Source of the DNA: Candidatus Pacearchaeota archaeon
Lineage (GTDB): Archaea; Nanobdellota; Nanobdellia; Pacearchaeales; DTIR01
Assembly (NCBI GenBank): GCA_016211995.1
Contig: JACRHU010000047.1
Span: 1 to 33,431 of the forward strand
Length of the DNA stretch: 33,431 nt
Reading direction: 5' to 3'
Positions 1 to 9,044 of the stretch are shown here, piece after piece. Both the position numbers and the translations under genes were made by a program. Every line of letters starts with the position of its first letter. Within the stretch, counting starts at the first letter, position 1. Under the pieces are notes generated by a model. That model saw only the letters and a program-made list of their open reading frames with translations, ran no database searches and was not told where the DNA came from.

Positions 1-71
1 CTCTCTATCAGTCATGGATTTATTTAAATGACTGCCAAATTGCGTTTAAAAAGCTTTCGGAGAAAGTTTTT

Positions 72-1037
72 TTAGAAATAGCTGAATTTGTGCTCGCGAA
101 TTATTATTATTGTGTCTATTGTTTTTATTATGTCTGAAAAATTATCCCTTATTTCTACAAGAATTTTAAAAAATTCTTCATTACCTGAAACTTCGAATTC
201 AGGTTCTAAGTCCCATTCTCCAAGCACTCTAACAAAATGGATTATATTCGGATGCATTTTACAATAGTTCATGAATTCTTTTATTCTCTCGCTTGTTGGT
301 TTTTTAATTTTAATAAAACTTTTAAAAAATTTATAATCGAGCTTTTCATAATTAATAGCTATTTTAGTTCCTAAAATTATGCCTTGCTTTTCAAGTTGTT
401 TTATCCTATAGCTCACTATTCTTTCTGTTGTTTTCAATTTAGTAGCAATATCAATAACAGAAGCTCTCCCATTTCTTGCTAGTTTTTTGAGTATTTCCAA
501 ATCTATTTTATCTATATCTATCTCTCCTTGTTTACCAAGAATATTTGCTTCATCTTGTAGGCTGCCTTTTTTTCCAACAATATAATTTCTTCTGTAAGTT
601 ATTGCCTCTATTAATTGGCTTATCTCATTTTTGTATATAAAATCACTTAGTTTAGAAATTATTTCATTCTTAATTTTATCAAATTCCTCAAGAGTTTTTG
701 TTTCGATCGCTATAATCATGTCAAAAATACCGAAACAGGAAACAATCCATTTAACCACTGGCAGACTTTTAAAGTAAGTAATTATCTTATCTTCTGCTTC
801 TCTTGTTAGGTTTTCAAATTTAAGATAAATTTTGAACTGCTTTATTCCTAGTTTAGCTAAGTCAAGCATAACCATGTAATTACTTATTATTCCTTTTTTT
901 TCAAGTTGCTTTATTCTGTAATGTACAACTTCTGTTGGAAGCCCAACTTTCTTGCCTATTTGAGAAGCGCTCTGTCGTGCCTCAAAATCTAGCTCATAGA
1001 GTATTTTTCTATCTTTCAAATCAAGTTTAATTACCAT
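72..1037 (-). CDS. Lrp/AsnC-family transcriptional regulator with two tandem HTH+RAM units
   Basis: Two AsnC-type HTH starts (LDLKDRKILYELDFEARQSASQIGKKVGL; IDKIDLEILKKLARNGRASVIDIATKL), each followed by a ligand-binding domain ending in G-x-F/W-D. Confidence 0.92.
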   Translation of the reverse strand: MVIKLDLKDRKILYELDFEARQSASQIGKKVGLPTEVVHYRIKQLEKKGIISNYMVMLDLAKLGIKQFKIYLKFENLTREAEDKIITYFKSLPVVKWIVSCFGIFDMIIAIETKTLEEFDKIKNEIISKLSDFIYKNEISQLIEAITYRRNYIVGKKGSLQDEANILGKQGEIDIDKIDLEILKKLARNGRASVIDIATKLKTTERIVSYRIKQLEKQGIILGTKIAINYEKLDYKFFKSFIKIKKPTSERIKEFMNYCKMHPNIIHFVRVLGEWDLEPEFEVSGNEEFFKILVEIRDNFSDIIKTIDTIIIIREHKFSYF

Positions 1038-1150
1038 ATTTTAATAAAGCAACATTTTCTTTATAAATTTTGTGGTTTTCTTAAAAATTAAGCCAAAAAG
1101 TTTTAAATATCCATCTTACCATTTAACAGTAACAACAATCAAGAAATGTT

Positions 1151-2716
1151 ATGGGGAAAAATAAAATGAAGAAAAAAATAATGTTTATTAAACCTGCATT
1201 AGAAACAACTGCTGTGTGGGATCCTATAAGGACATGCAGCTATTTGGGAATGTGGTTTCTAGCGTCTCATCTGAAAGAGAAAGGGCATGATGTCAGATAT
1301 CTAGATGAGGTTGTTAGAAATAATGGGCTTAATAAAAGGCAATTATTTAGAAGAATACTAGAAGGAGATAAAATTACAGAAATTCCCTTGGATATTTCTT
1401 TTGAAGAATACCATGCTCGGAAAATGGATGATTATCATAAAATGACTCCTAAAGAATTTGTAGAAAAATATACTGCTTTTAGGGATGGAAAGGTTACTAG
1501 AGATATGGTAAGGACTGGAAACTCTATTGAGGATACTTTATCAGAAATTGAAAAATATCAGCCAGAATTTGTAGGAATACCTATTATCGCAAGTGCCAAT
1601 CATATCCCTTCGCTTAAACTTATACAAGCAATAAAAGAGAGATTTCCAAGAGTTAAAATAATGATTGGAGGACAACATGTAACTGCTTTTTATAATGAAT
1701 TCGCAAAAAATCCAAATGTAGATTATATTTTCACAGGAGATGCAATAACAAATATAGAAGATGTGATAGAAGGAAAGAGAACCGAGAGAGTTATTCATGG
1801 AGGTTTTCAGACAATGGATAATTTTCCATTACTTGACCCTTCTATTATTGAGGAGAATGATTATCCGAGAGAACCTACCTACACCTACACAACTCAGGGA
1901 AGAAAATCAGCAGATTATATGTTTTCAAAAGGATGCTTTAGGAAATGTGAATTTTGCGTTGCGGGAAGCCAAAAAGGAAATCATGTTACTGCTATAGATT
2001 ATAATAAAGTAGATGAGCAATTAAGAATTTTCAAGGAATACGGAATAGAGGAAATAATTGTTCAGGATGATGCTTTTTTATGGGATAGAAACCACGTAAG
2101 AGAGCATCTTCCTAAAATACTTGGATTAATGAAGAAATATGGTTTTTACTGGCAGAATAACGGCGGAGTAGAATTTGAAGCAATAGATGATTTTGTTACA
2201 GAGCAGCTTATTAAATACAATCAAGAAGGTGAAGGAAGATGCACTTCTTTATATGTTCCATTTAATCCAAGAGCATGGAATAAAGGAAAAAGTGCAGCTG
2301 GAACAATGTCTCAGAGATATCACTATAACTTTGAAAACTTAAAAAGATTAAGAGAAGAAGCAGGAATTTATGTTTTCTCAAGTCAAATAATTGGAACACC
2401 AGAAGATACAGTGGAGATTATGGAATCAGATATTGAACTTCATAAAAAGATTATTTCAGAGGGCTATCTTGATGCAGACTTAACATTAACTGCAACTTTA
2501 TTACCAGGAACAAGATGGTATGATAATAACAAACAAAATCTTGTAAACCCTAATGACTGGGCAGGATATAGCCTTTTTGTATCACATTATGGAACAGAAA
2601 ATATTCCTAACCCAAAAGTTATGGAATATTTTATGGTAAAGAGAGTAAAAGAATTAGATAAATATCAGAGAACATATAATTGGGGAACAGCTTTTCCAAG
2701 CGAGAAAAAAGGTTAA
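1151..2716 (+). CDS. Cobalamin-binding-domain radical SAM protein (start may be 1166)
   Basis: CxxxCxxC motif in SKGCFRKCEFC; N-terminal B12-binding features (YLGMWFLASHLKEKGHDV, IMIGGQHVT, VDYIFTGDA); QDDAF and IIGTPEDT motifs. Confidence 0.9.
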   Translation: MGKNKMKKKIMFIKPALETTAVWDPIRTCSYLGMWFLASHLKEKGHDVRYLDEVVRNNGLNKRQLFRRILEGDKITEIPLDISFEEYHARKMDDYHKMTPKEFVEKYTAFRDGKVTRDMVRTGNSIEDTLSEIEKYQPEFVGIPIIASANHIPSLKLIQAIKERFPRVKIMIGGQHVTAFYNEFAKNPNVDYIFTGDAITNIEDVIEGKRTERVIHGGFQTMDNFPLLDPSIIEENDYPREPTYTYTTQGRKSADYMFSKGCFRKCEFCVAGSQKGNHVTAIDYNKVDEQLRIFKEYGIEEIIVQDDAFLWDRNHVREHLPKILGLMKKYGFYWQNNGGVEFEAIDDFVTEQLIKYNQEGEGRCTSLYVPFNPRAWNKGKSAAGTMSQRYHYNFENLKRLREEAGIYVFSSQIIGTPEDTVEIMESDIELHKKIISEGYLDADLTLTATLLPGTRWYDNNKQNLVNPNDWAGYSLFVSHYGTENIPNPKVMEYFMVKRVKELDKYQRTYNWGTAFPSEKKG

Positions 2717-2738
2717 TTATCTCCGCCTAACTTCAACT

Positions 2739-3146
2739 TCATCTTTGTTTAATCTTCTTAGTAAATTCAATCACATCTTTTCTAAGCTCCTCTGTAATAG
2801 AATGAAAAACCATTTCATTGTCTACCTCTCAATACTCATGCGCAAGGATATTTCTCATCCCTTTTGCTTCTTTTAATTTTTCTGCCAATTCTCCAGAAAT
2901 TATCTTTTCCTTTGCAAGAATATCAAATGCTTCTTTATCCCCTTCTGGAATCCTGAACCCCTTTTCTCTAATAATCAAAAAGGCGAGATCAACAACCGCC
3001 TCTATAATTCTTTCAGTATATCTCTCGCAAGCTGCCTTTGTTTTAAAATCTTTGATATATTCTTTTAAATTGTTTGGTTTTATCTCGCCAAGTTCATCAA
3101 GATATTTTTCTATTTCTTCAATTTTATCCTTGATTCTTTTGTTCAT
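2739..3146 (-). pseudogene. hepT: HepT/DUF86 HEPN ribonuclease toxin with in-frame premature TGA at 2829-2831
   Basis: ACERYTERIIEAVVDLA and RNILAHEY (RX4H-Y) motifs; after the TGA the frame continues EVDNEMVFHSITEELRKDVIEFTKKIKQR to a stop at 2739, giving a 135-codon DUF86-like protein. Confidence 0.85.
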
Positions 3147-3636
3147 ATATAACCCTCCCTTTCAAATCAATTTCTTTTTGAATCTTATGCGGTAGAATAT
3201 TATAAACTTGTATATCTATTTTTTCATTCACTTTTTTTAACATATCAAGCCTAAATTGTGTCGCTTCTTTTTTTGTTGTGCCAACAAATTCAACTGCGAT
3301 GTCTATATCAGATCTGAGCGTTAATTGATTTTCTGTTACAGAACCAAATAATACAATTCTTTTTATTTTTGGTAAATATTTGCTTTCAAGAATAATCTCT
3401 CTTGCTTCATTAATCATATCTTTAATTAGTAGTCCATGTTTAAGCTGAAAATCTTGATTAAATGGTATGAGCGCACTAATTGCCTCGAATTTTTTTCTTA
3501 TATCCCTTGAAAGCCGCATTTTTTCTGATGCTTTTAATCTTACTCCCAGTAATTGTTTCTCAATAATGAATAGCTCTCGCCTTCCGAATATCTTTCTCAT
3601 ATTTTTATTCTTTTTGATAATGTCTAATAAGGTCAT
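3124..3636 (-). CDS. mntA: Minimal nucleotidyltransferase (MNT) antitoxin with N-terminal extension
   Basis: GSX10DXD motif in LFGSVTENQLTLRSDIDIAV; overlaps start of downstream HEPN gene. Confidence 0.88.
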   Translation of the reverse strand: MTLLDIIKKNKNMRKIFGRRELFIIEKQLLGVRLKASEKMRLSRDIRKKFEAISALIPFNQDFQLKHGLLIKDMINEAREIILESKYLPKIKRIVLFGSVTENQLTLRSDIDIAVEFVGTTKKEATQFRLDMLKKVNEKIDIQVYNILPHKIQKEIDLKGRVIYEQKNQG

Positions 3637-3702
3637 ATTGTTATCACCATTCTGATAATAGTTATCATAATAATGATATATTTAAATCTTTCGTCTACCA
3701 AC

Positions 3703-4674
3703 CTATTTCCAACTTATCTCAACATCATCAGTCCTCTCGCGAGGATTGATATTGGCCTTTTCAGGTGCAATTGAAATTCCAGCTTTGAACATTTTTTCTC
3801 CAAGATATGCAATCATAGCGCCGTTGTCCGTTAAAAGGTCGTTAGGAGGACAAAAGAATTTTGCTCCTCTCTCAAAACACATAATTTTTGCCATCTCTTG
3901 AAGCCGAGAATTGCAAGCAACTCCTCCTCCAAGAAGCAATTCTTTTTTATTAAGATGTGCTAAAGCTCTTTCAGCAGCTTCAATCAGCATTGAAAAAGCT
4001 GTTTCTTGCAATGAGTATGCAAGATTTTCAATTTTTTCTCCTTTGTCATATTTTTGTTTCAAGTTTGTTAGCAAACCAGAAAAAGCAACATCCATTCCTT
4101 TAATTGAATAAGGCAATTCTATGTACTTGCCATTTTTTGCAAGTTGTTCTATCTTAGGACCAGCAGGAAATCCTAGCCCACAATGTCGAGCAAATGTATC
4201 AATAAAATTTCCTGTTCCAATATCAAGTGTTTCTCCAAATATCCTGTACTTGCCAGCAGAATATGAAATAATCTGAGTATTCGCACCAGAAGCATAAAGC
4301 AAAACAGGGTCTTTTGCTCCAGTCAGTTCACCAATTTCTAGATGAGCAATACAATGATTAACAGGAATTAAAGGCTTATTCAATTTTTCAGAAAGTTTTT
4401 TAGCAAATTTTAATCCCTCAAGCAAGCAAGGTGCAAGTCCTGGTCCATGTGAATAAGCAATTGCGTCTATATCATTAATTCTTATCTTCGCCAGGTTTAT
4501 TGCTTCATTTAAAATCACTTCACTTACCTCTGCATGATGTTTTGCAGCTTCCATTGGAATTATTCCCCCTTTCTCAGTTTTATAAGCAGAAATCACATTA
4601 ACAAGAATTTTTTTATCTTTAACAATACCAATTCCAAATGTGTGTGCAGTACTTTCAATTCCTAAGATTATCAT
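3703..4674 (-). CDS. kae1: tRNA N6-threonylcarbamoyladenosine synthase Kae1 (KEOPS)
   Basis: ILGIESTAHT, GPGLAPCL, VNHCIAHLE, SGANTQ, GETLDIG, GGGVACN and TDNGAMIA motifs. Confidence 0.97.
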   Translation of the reverse strand: MIILGIESTAHTFGIGIVKDKKILVNVISAYKTEKGGIIPMEAAKHHAEVSEVILNEAINLAKIRINDIDAIAYSHGPGLAPCLLEGLKFAKKLSEKLNKPLIPVNHCIAHLEIGELTGAKDPVLLYASGANTQIISYSAGKYRIFGETLDIGTGNFIDTFARHCGLGFPAGPKIEQLAKNGKYIELPYSIKGMDVAFSGLLTNLKQKYDKGEKIENLAYSLQETAFSMLIEAAERALAHLNKKELLLGGGVACNSRLQEMAKIMCFERGAKFFCPPNDLLTDNGAMIAYLGEKMFKAGISIAPEKANINPRERTDDVEISWK

Positions 4675-4768
4675 TATAAAATATTAATTAGAAGATATAT
4701 AAAATTTACCTCATCTAATTTTTACTAAAAAGCCGTTATATTCAATTTACCCTACGGCGACTTAGAAA

Positions 4769-5845
4769 TAAAAAAATTGGGCTTTAATTATCTCAGATTA
4801 AATCTTACAATAGTTGTATTATTGTCATTTTCAAAGTCTTTAATTAACTTTTTCAAATCACTCTCTGTTAGTCCTCTTAGTGCATATTGAGAGTTAGATG
4901 TACAGGAATAGACCCCCAAGTCTTGTTTAAACTGGGGTTTATAGCCTCTTACGAGTTCCCGTGCTTCGGCTTCACTTTTTGATTCAATTATAACAAAAAT
5001 AGTTTCAAGTGGACTGCTCCACATCTCATCAACCGGTTCTTTAAATCCTTGATAGGTATCACAATAATATTTTATCAGTTCATAAATAGTTAACATAACA
5101 TCATGATGGTGTTCAGAATTTGTTTCATACTTAAGGTGCCTTGTCTTGACTAAGAAATCCGGGGTAATGCCTTCAGAAGAAAGTTCTTCTCTCACAGTAG
5201 GTGAAGGATCCTTAGCCTTTTTTTCTCCTGTTAAAGTATTAACCATCACTGCCAGTTCCCTTACTTTGCCCCCAGTGATAGAATAAAATTGTTCATCAAA
5301 TGCCTCTGGTCCTTGGGAGTCATGATCATGACATTTTCTTGTTAGGATAGATTCATCAACCACCGCTTCTTCAATATCAAATAAAGGGTGTGTCTGTTGC
5401 GCTATAATTTGTTCTAAGAAGGGGTATTTTGATCTGAGACCATACAATCTTTCAATTTTCAATCCCTCACTCTCCGGCCCAACATAAATAACAAGTTCAC
5501 AATCTAGATTTCCTCTTGGCGCATCTGTAACAAACTCATGAACAACAATCTTTTCAAATCTATGAATATTAGTCCAATATTCACCCCCCCAGTCATAGTG
5601 GAAATCCAATGCAGAACCAGTTGACATATTTTTTCTATCTTCTATTTTGATATCAATAATAGGGTGTTTTATACTCTCAATTAATCCCTCTAAAAAACCA
5701 AATTGTTTTTTCAATTCTCTAAGTTTTTCTTCCCTAACCCTCACATGTTCTGCCATGTGTTATGGAATATTATCAAATTATTTAAACTTTTCCATTATAA
5801 CCACTTCAAAGTTAATAATCACACCTACTAAGCCCAATTTTTTTA
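4769..5845. mobile_element. Putative inverted-repeat-bounded cassette carrying one orphan gene
   Basis: TAAAAAAATTGGGCTT at 4769-4784 and its exact reverse complement at 5830-5845; AAAT on both outer sides if the IR is taken as 15 bp. Confidence 0.45.
4788..5756 (-). CDS. Hypothetical protein
   Basis: 322-aa ORF; BRE/TATA-like GAAAAGTTTAAATA about 25 nt upstream on the minus strand; no recognisable motif. Confidence 0.8.
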   Translation of the reverse strand: MAEHVRVREEKLRELKKQFGFLEGLIESIKHPIIDIKIEDRKNMSTGSALDFHYDWGGEYWTNIHRFEKIVVHEFVTDAPRGNLDCELVIYVGPESEGLKIERLYGLRSKYPFLEQIIAQQTHPLFDIEEAVVDESILTRKCHDHDSQGPEAFDEQFYSITGGKVRELAVMVNTLTGEKKAKDPSPTVREELSSEGITPDFLVKTRHLKYETNSEHHHDVMLTIYELIKYYCDTYQGFKEPVDEMWSSPLETIFVIIESKSEAEARELVRGYKPQFKQDLGVYSCTSNSQYALRGLTESDLKKLIKDFENDNNTTIVRFNLR

Positions 5846-6071
5846 AATATTGTCTCCTTCGCAGAAATTTATACGCGAGAACTCAACTTTGATTTTTTGC
5901 CTTAGGCATCATTGCACTAAAACTCAATCCCTCCAAGTATTCGGGACAGATAACAGCGATTATATCTAATTTAGAATTCGGGGTCAAAAATTAGAGGATA
6001 TCAAATATACATTTTGTTAGACATGCTTGCTCATCCAAAAACTTTAAGTATCTTCTGAGCTTATATCCTTC

Positions 6072-6797
6072 ATGAATAAACTGGGGAAAACAGCTTTAGC
6101 TATTGGGTTAACAGGACTACTTGCATTAGTAGTTCCAACAGGTTTGCGGGGAGAAGAAGCAAAGAATGAAGCAGGAAATCAGACAAAACCTGCTGCTACT
6201 GCAACGACTCAAACAAAGGTTCAAACTTTCCAAGATGTTCCGACTAATTACTGGGCATATGATGCTATTGAAAAAGTCTACAATGAGAAAATTATGAATG
6301 GATGTGCTGAAGATCCAAAAATGTTTTGTCCAGCAGGGAGGGTTACAAGAAGGTCTCTCATGAAGTATATAGAAAGATTATTTGGATATGATGAAAAATT
6401 TGAAGAATTCTATCCTCCTGTAAATCCTACATTTTCAGATATCTCCCAAGATGACGAAGAATTTTATAAGGCAGTTGAATATCTTATATATTTAGATGAT
6501 TTTTTTGCAGAATATGAACAAAATGAAAAACAGTTTATGCCGGATAAAGAAGCAACAAGATTGGACATTTCTTTGTTTTTAGTGGACATACTTAATCTTA
6601 AACCATTCTATCCAGATGCTCCCAGCTTTGAGGATATTTCTGTAACAAATAAGTATTATGGGAATATAGAGGCAATTGCAAAAAAAGGAATAGTTAATGG
6701 AATCATAAAGGATGACAAGAAATATTTTATGCCAGACAGAACTATAACAAGAGATGAAACAGCAACATTCATTTACAGAGCATTTTTTAAGAAATAA
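6072..6797 (+). CDS. Secreted protein with three S-layer homology (SLH) domains
   Basis: Signal peptide, Thr-rich linker, then FQDVPTNYWAYDAIE..IMNG..FCP..VTR, FSDI..FMPDKEATR, and FEDI..YYGNIEAIAKKGIVNG..FMPDRTITRDE. Confidence 0.9.
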   Translation: MNKLGKTALAIGLTGLLALVVPTGLRGEEAKNEAGNQTKPAATATTQTKVQTFQDVPTNYWAYDAIEKVYNEKIMNGCAEDPKMFCPAGRVTRRSLMKYIERLFGYDEKFEEFYPPVNPTFSDISQDDEEFYKAVEYLIYLDDFFAEYEQNEKQFMPDKEATRLDISLFLVDILNLKPFYPDAPSFEDISVTNKYYGNIEAIAKKGIVNGIIKDDKKYFMPDRTITRDETATFIYRAFFKK

Positions 6798-6857
6798 CTA
6801 TTATAATATCTTTCTTAGAACATATAAATATTTATACTTCTTATCTATAGAATTTAA

Positions 6858-7217
6858 ATGAATCTTGAGCAAAAATTTAACCAGCTTATAGAACAGTGGA
6901 AAAAAGAAATTGATGAAGGGAATGTTTTGATTTATTCTTCTCCTCACCCATTGTTAAATTGTCCTGCATACAAGGAAATTATTGCTCTTGGCCCACATGT
7001 GCTTTTATTTATAAGAAGATTTTATGATTCTCCTGAAAAAGACATTACAACAGAGACAATAAAAGGGCATGGGTTATTATCTGCAGTTATAGAAATCGCA
7101 GGAGAAGATTTTTCTTCGTCAATTCCATGCCATTTACGAGGTAGGATTGATGAGTTAGAAGAACACACAAAAAAATGGCTTGACAACAATATGAAAAAAT
7201 ATTTTGGGGGGTCTTAG
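6858..7217 (+). CDS. Hypothetical protein
   Basis: 119-aa ORF with natural protein composition; convergent with next gene. Confidence 0.75.
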   Translation: MNLEQKFNQLIEQWKKEIDEGNVLIYSSPHPLLNCPAYKEIIALGPHVLLFIRRFYDSPEKDITTETIKGHGLLSAVIEIAGEDFSSSIPCHLRGRIDELEEHTKKWLDNNMKKYFGGS

Positions 7218-7606
7218 TAAGCTAAAGCTTGTTCTAAAATATAAACAGGCGGTTTTTCTTTAAAATAAGTTCTTTTTATTAGAGTATGTCCTGTTTCAAT
7301 TCCTTTTTCTGTTAGTTCATCACACAACTTTTCTAAATCTTTCCCATGCCCAACAACTTTTTTATCATATATTGCAACCCATTGGTCGGGGTACTCTCTC
7401 CTTAATCTTTTATGATTATTTGTATAAAACTCCAAATCTTCTCGATTTCGTTTAAACTCATTTCTTATTTTTTCTATTATCTCCTTAGTACTCATGTTTT
7501 CATATCCCTTATATCCCTTTAATTCCTCTGCAAATTCTTCATATGTTATAAGTCTAAAGCCTCTTTTTTCTTTTTTATTCATCCTACTATTTCTCCGAAT
7601 TCCCAT
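7214..7606 (-). CDS. DUF5678-like domain protein
   Basis: YPDQWVAIYDKKVVGHGKDLEKL matches my recollection of the DUF5678 pattern; start uncertain. Confidence 0.65.
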   Translation of the reverse strand: MGIRRNSRMNKKEKRGFRLITYEEFAEELKGYKGYENMSTKEIIEKIRNEFKRNREDLEFYTNNHKRLRREYPDQWVAIYDKKVVGHGKDLEKLCDELTEKGIETGHTLIKRTYFKEKPPVYILEQALAY

Positions 7607-7696
7607 GACTATTAAGAGCTAAAGGAATATATAAATCTTTTTTATAGAAGAATAATCTAAGAACCCGAAGCTGATACCTTCGGAGAATTGCAGGTG

Positions 7697-7799
7697 ATCA
7701 AAAAACCTTTGGGTTTTTAGGATCCTGAAAACACCAAAAATTGATATTTTTGGATGCTGTCAAAAATCTTTGATTTTTGAAGTCTTTGATTTTCATGAT
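7697..7799. repeat. Nested double-hairpin palindromic element (GGATCC hub)
   Basis: AAAAACC-tttg-GGTTTTT, GGATCC, TGAAAA...TTTTCA enclosing a second unit CCAAAAAT/ATTTTTGG-atgctg-TCAAAAATC/GATTTTTGA. Confidence 0.75.
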
Positions 7800-7844
7800 G
7801 TATAAATTTATATTTTTCTAAAGATAATTATGTGCAAAGCTTTC

Positions 7845-7860
7845 AAAAACCTTATAAAGC
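7845..7860 (+). promoter_or_regulatory. BRE/TATA promoter of SRP RNA
   Basis: CAAAAACCTTATAAAG about 25 nt upstream of the RNA 5' end. Confidence 0.6.
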
Positions 7861-7879
7861 CTTAAGTCTGCATATTTTT

Positions 7880-8139
7880 GCAGACTAGACCGGCACGCCA
7901 GCCCTGTGCTGTCATGTCCGCGGGCTTTAAACAGGTCGCAAGGGAATGTGTCAATATTTTGTATACAGCCTTGTTTTTCAACTGCGAAGCTTTGTCCTGC
8001 TTGATCTTGCTTTTGCGAAACAGGTCAGGTCCGGAAGGAAGCAGCCTTAAACAATAGCTAAGGTGCTTGCAGGGTCGCAAAGTGGAGAAGAAATTCAAGT
8101 TAACTGTATAGGAAATATGCAGCTACTTCCCGAGTCTGC
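7880..8139 (+). ncRNA. ffs: Archaeal signal recognition particle (7S) RNA
   Basis: Helix 8 signature GGTCAGGTCCGGAAGGAAGCAGCC; terminal helix GCAGACT/AGTCTGC; Alu loops with complementary GCCC/GGGC; long helix 5; T-run after the 3' end. Confidence 0.95.
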
Positions 8140-8166
8140 ACTTATTTTTTTGAGTAATTAGTATCA

Positions 8167-8288
8167 CAAGTGATTGACATCACTTGCATTTGCTGGGCTA
8201 TTCGCGAAAATCTATGATTTTCGGGATCCCAAAAAGCTGGTTGCCTCCAGCAAAGCTGGAATGTTGAGCTTTTTGCGACAATCGCCCA
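8167..8288. repeat. Palindromic elements: CAAGTGAT/ATCACTTG hairpin plus GGATCC double-hairpin element
   Basis: 8224-8278 is identical over 55 bp to 18196-18250; 8168-8185 matches 16234-16251 at 17/18 in reverse orientation. Confidence 0.8.
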
Positions 8289-8363
8289 ATTATTTAGCAT
8301 TAAGTATATAGAGGGAATATTTAAAAATTAGGTATTCTATATATAATCAATAAAAGGGGTAGA

Positions 8364-8969
8364 ATGAAATCAAGAATAGCAAGAAAAGCACAATTCTATA
8401 TAATAGGAGCAGTCGCAATAGCAATTATTTTAGCTGGCTTAGTAACTCTTGTAAATTACAGTATAACAAAGCCAGAGCCTGTTAAATTCTATGATTTAAA
8501 CAAGCAACTGCATTATGAAACTACAAATATAATAAATTATGGAGTTTTGAATAATCAGGATGTGAATGCTACAATTAAAAAATTTATTGATGAGCAGTTT
8601 TTGCCATATATCAAACAAAAAGATCCTGATATTGAGTTAATTTACATTTATGGAAATAGCAGTGATGCTTCTGTTGTGAATTATGGTAAGGAGGCAATTT
8701 TTGTTTCAGGTTCTCAAATCTCTCCTGGGGGAGCAACAAGCACATCAACAGTTAGCATTGACATAGGTGGAACAACAGCAGAAAAAACAGTAGTACAAGC
8801 TACAAGATATTTCCAGCCCTTCTCAATGTTCTTGGCACCTTCAAGAGTTGTCAATGTTAAAATTGGCGATAAAAATTATGATTTCAAACTATCAGGCCAG
8901 CAACAATTTTTTGCAATACTAACAACAAAAAAAGGAAAAGAGACGTATGTTACAGCATCAGAAGGATAA
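8364..8969 (+). CDS. Pilin-like protein (class III signal peptide-like)
   Basis: RKA/QFYIIGAVAIAIIL N-terminus; first gene of pilin cluster. Confidence 0.75.
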   Translation: MKSRIARKAQFYIIGAVAIAIILAGLVTLVNYSITKPEPVKFYDLNKQLHYETTNIINYGVLNNQDVNATIKKFIDEQFLPYIKQKDPDIELIYIYGNSSDASVVNYGKEAIFVSGSQISPGGATSTSTVSIDIGGTTAEKTVVQATRYFQPFSMFLAPSRVVNVKIGDKNYDFKLSGQQQFFAILTTKKGKETYVTASEG

Positions 8970-9005
8970 ATAAAAAAAGCTTATGTAACAATACTAGAAG
9001 GATAA
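8934..9005 (+). repeat. Degenerate tandem copy of gene 3' end (36-bp period)
   Basis: Gene ends GKETYVTASEG*; next 36 nt read IKKAYVTILEG* in frame (25/36 nt identical). Confidence 0.75.
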
Positions 9006-9044
9006 AAAGCAAGAATTTTAAAGCGCTAATGTTATAAATATAAA

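Noticed and set aside
1-15. Start of a minus-strand gene (MTDRE)
   Set aside because: Too little sequence to support a call
2829-2831. Genome-wide UGA recoding (Gly) or selenocysteine
   Set aside because: Long Gly-rich ORFs in the window have no internal TGA, TGA ends other genes such as tatD, and the aligned residue is Gly rather than Cys
4788-5756. Transposase
   Set aside because: No DDE, HUH, serine or tyrosine recombinase motif recognisable by eye
7862-8098. 78-aa minus-strand ORF
   Set aside because: Antisense to the SRP RNA
8194-8288. tRNA gene
   Set aside because: Multi-stem fold but no T-loop, D-loop or anticodon-arm consensus
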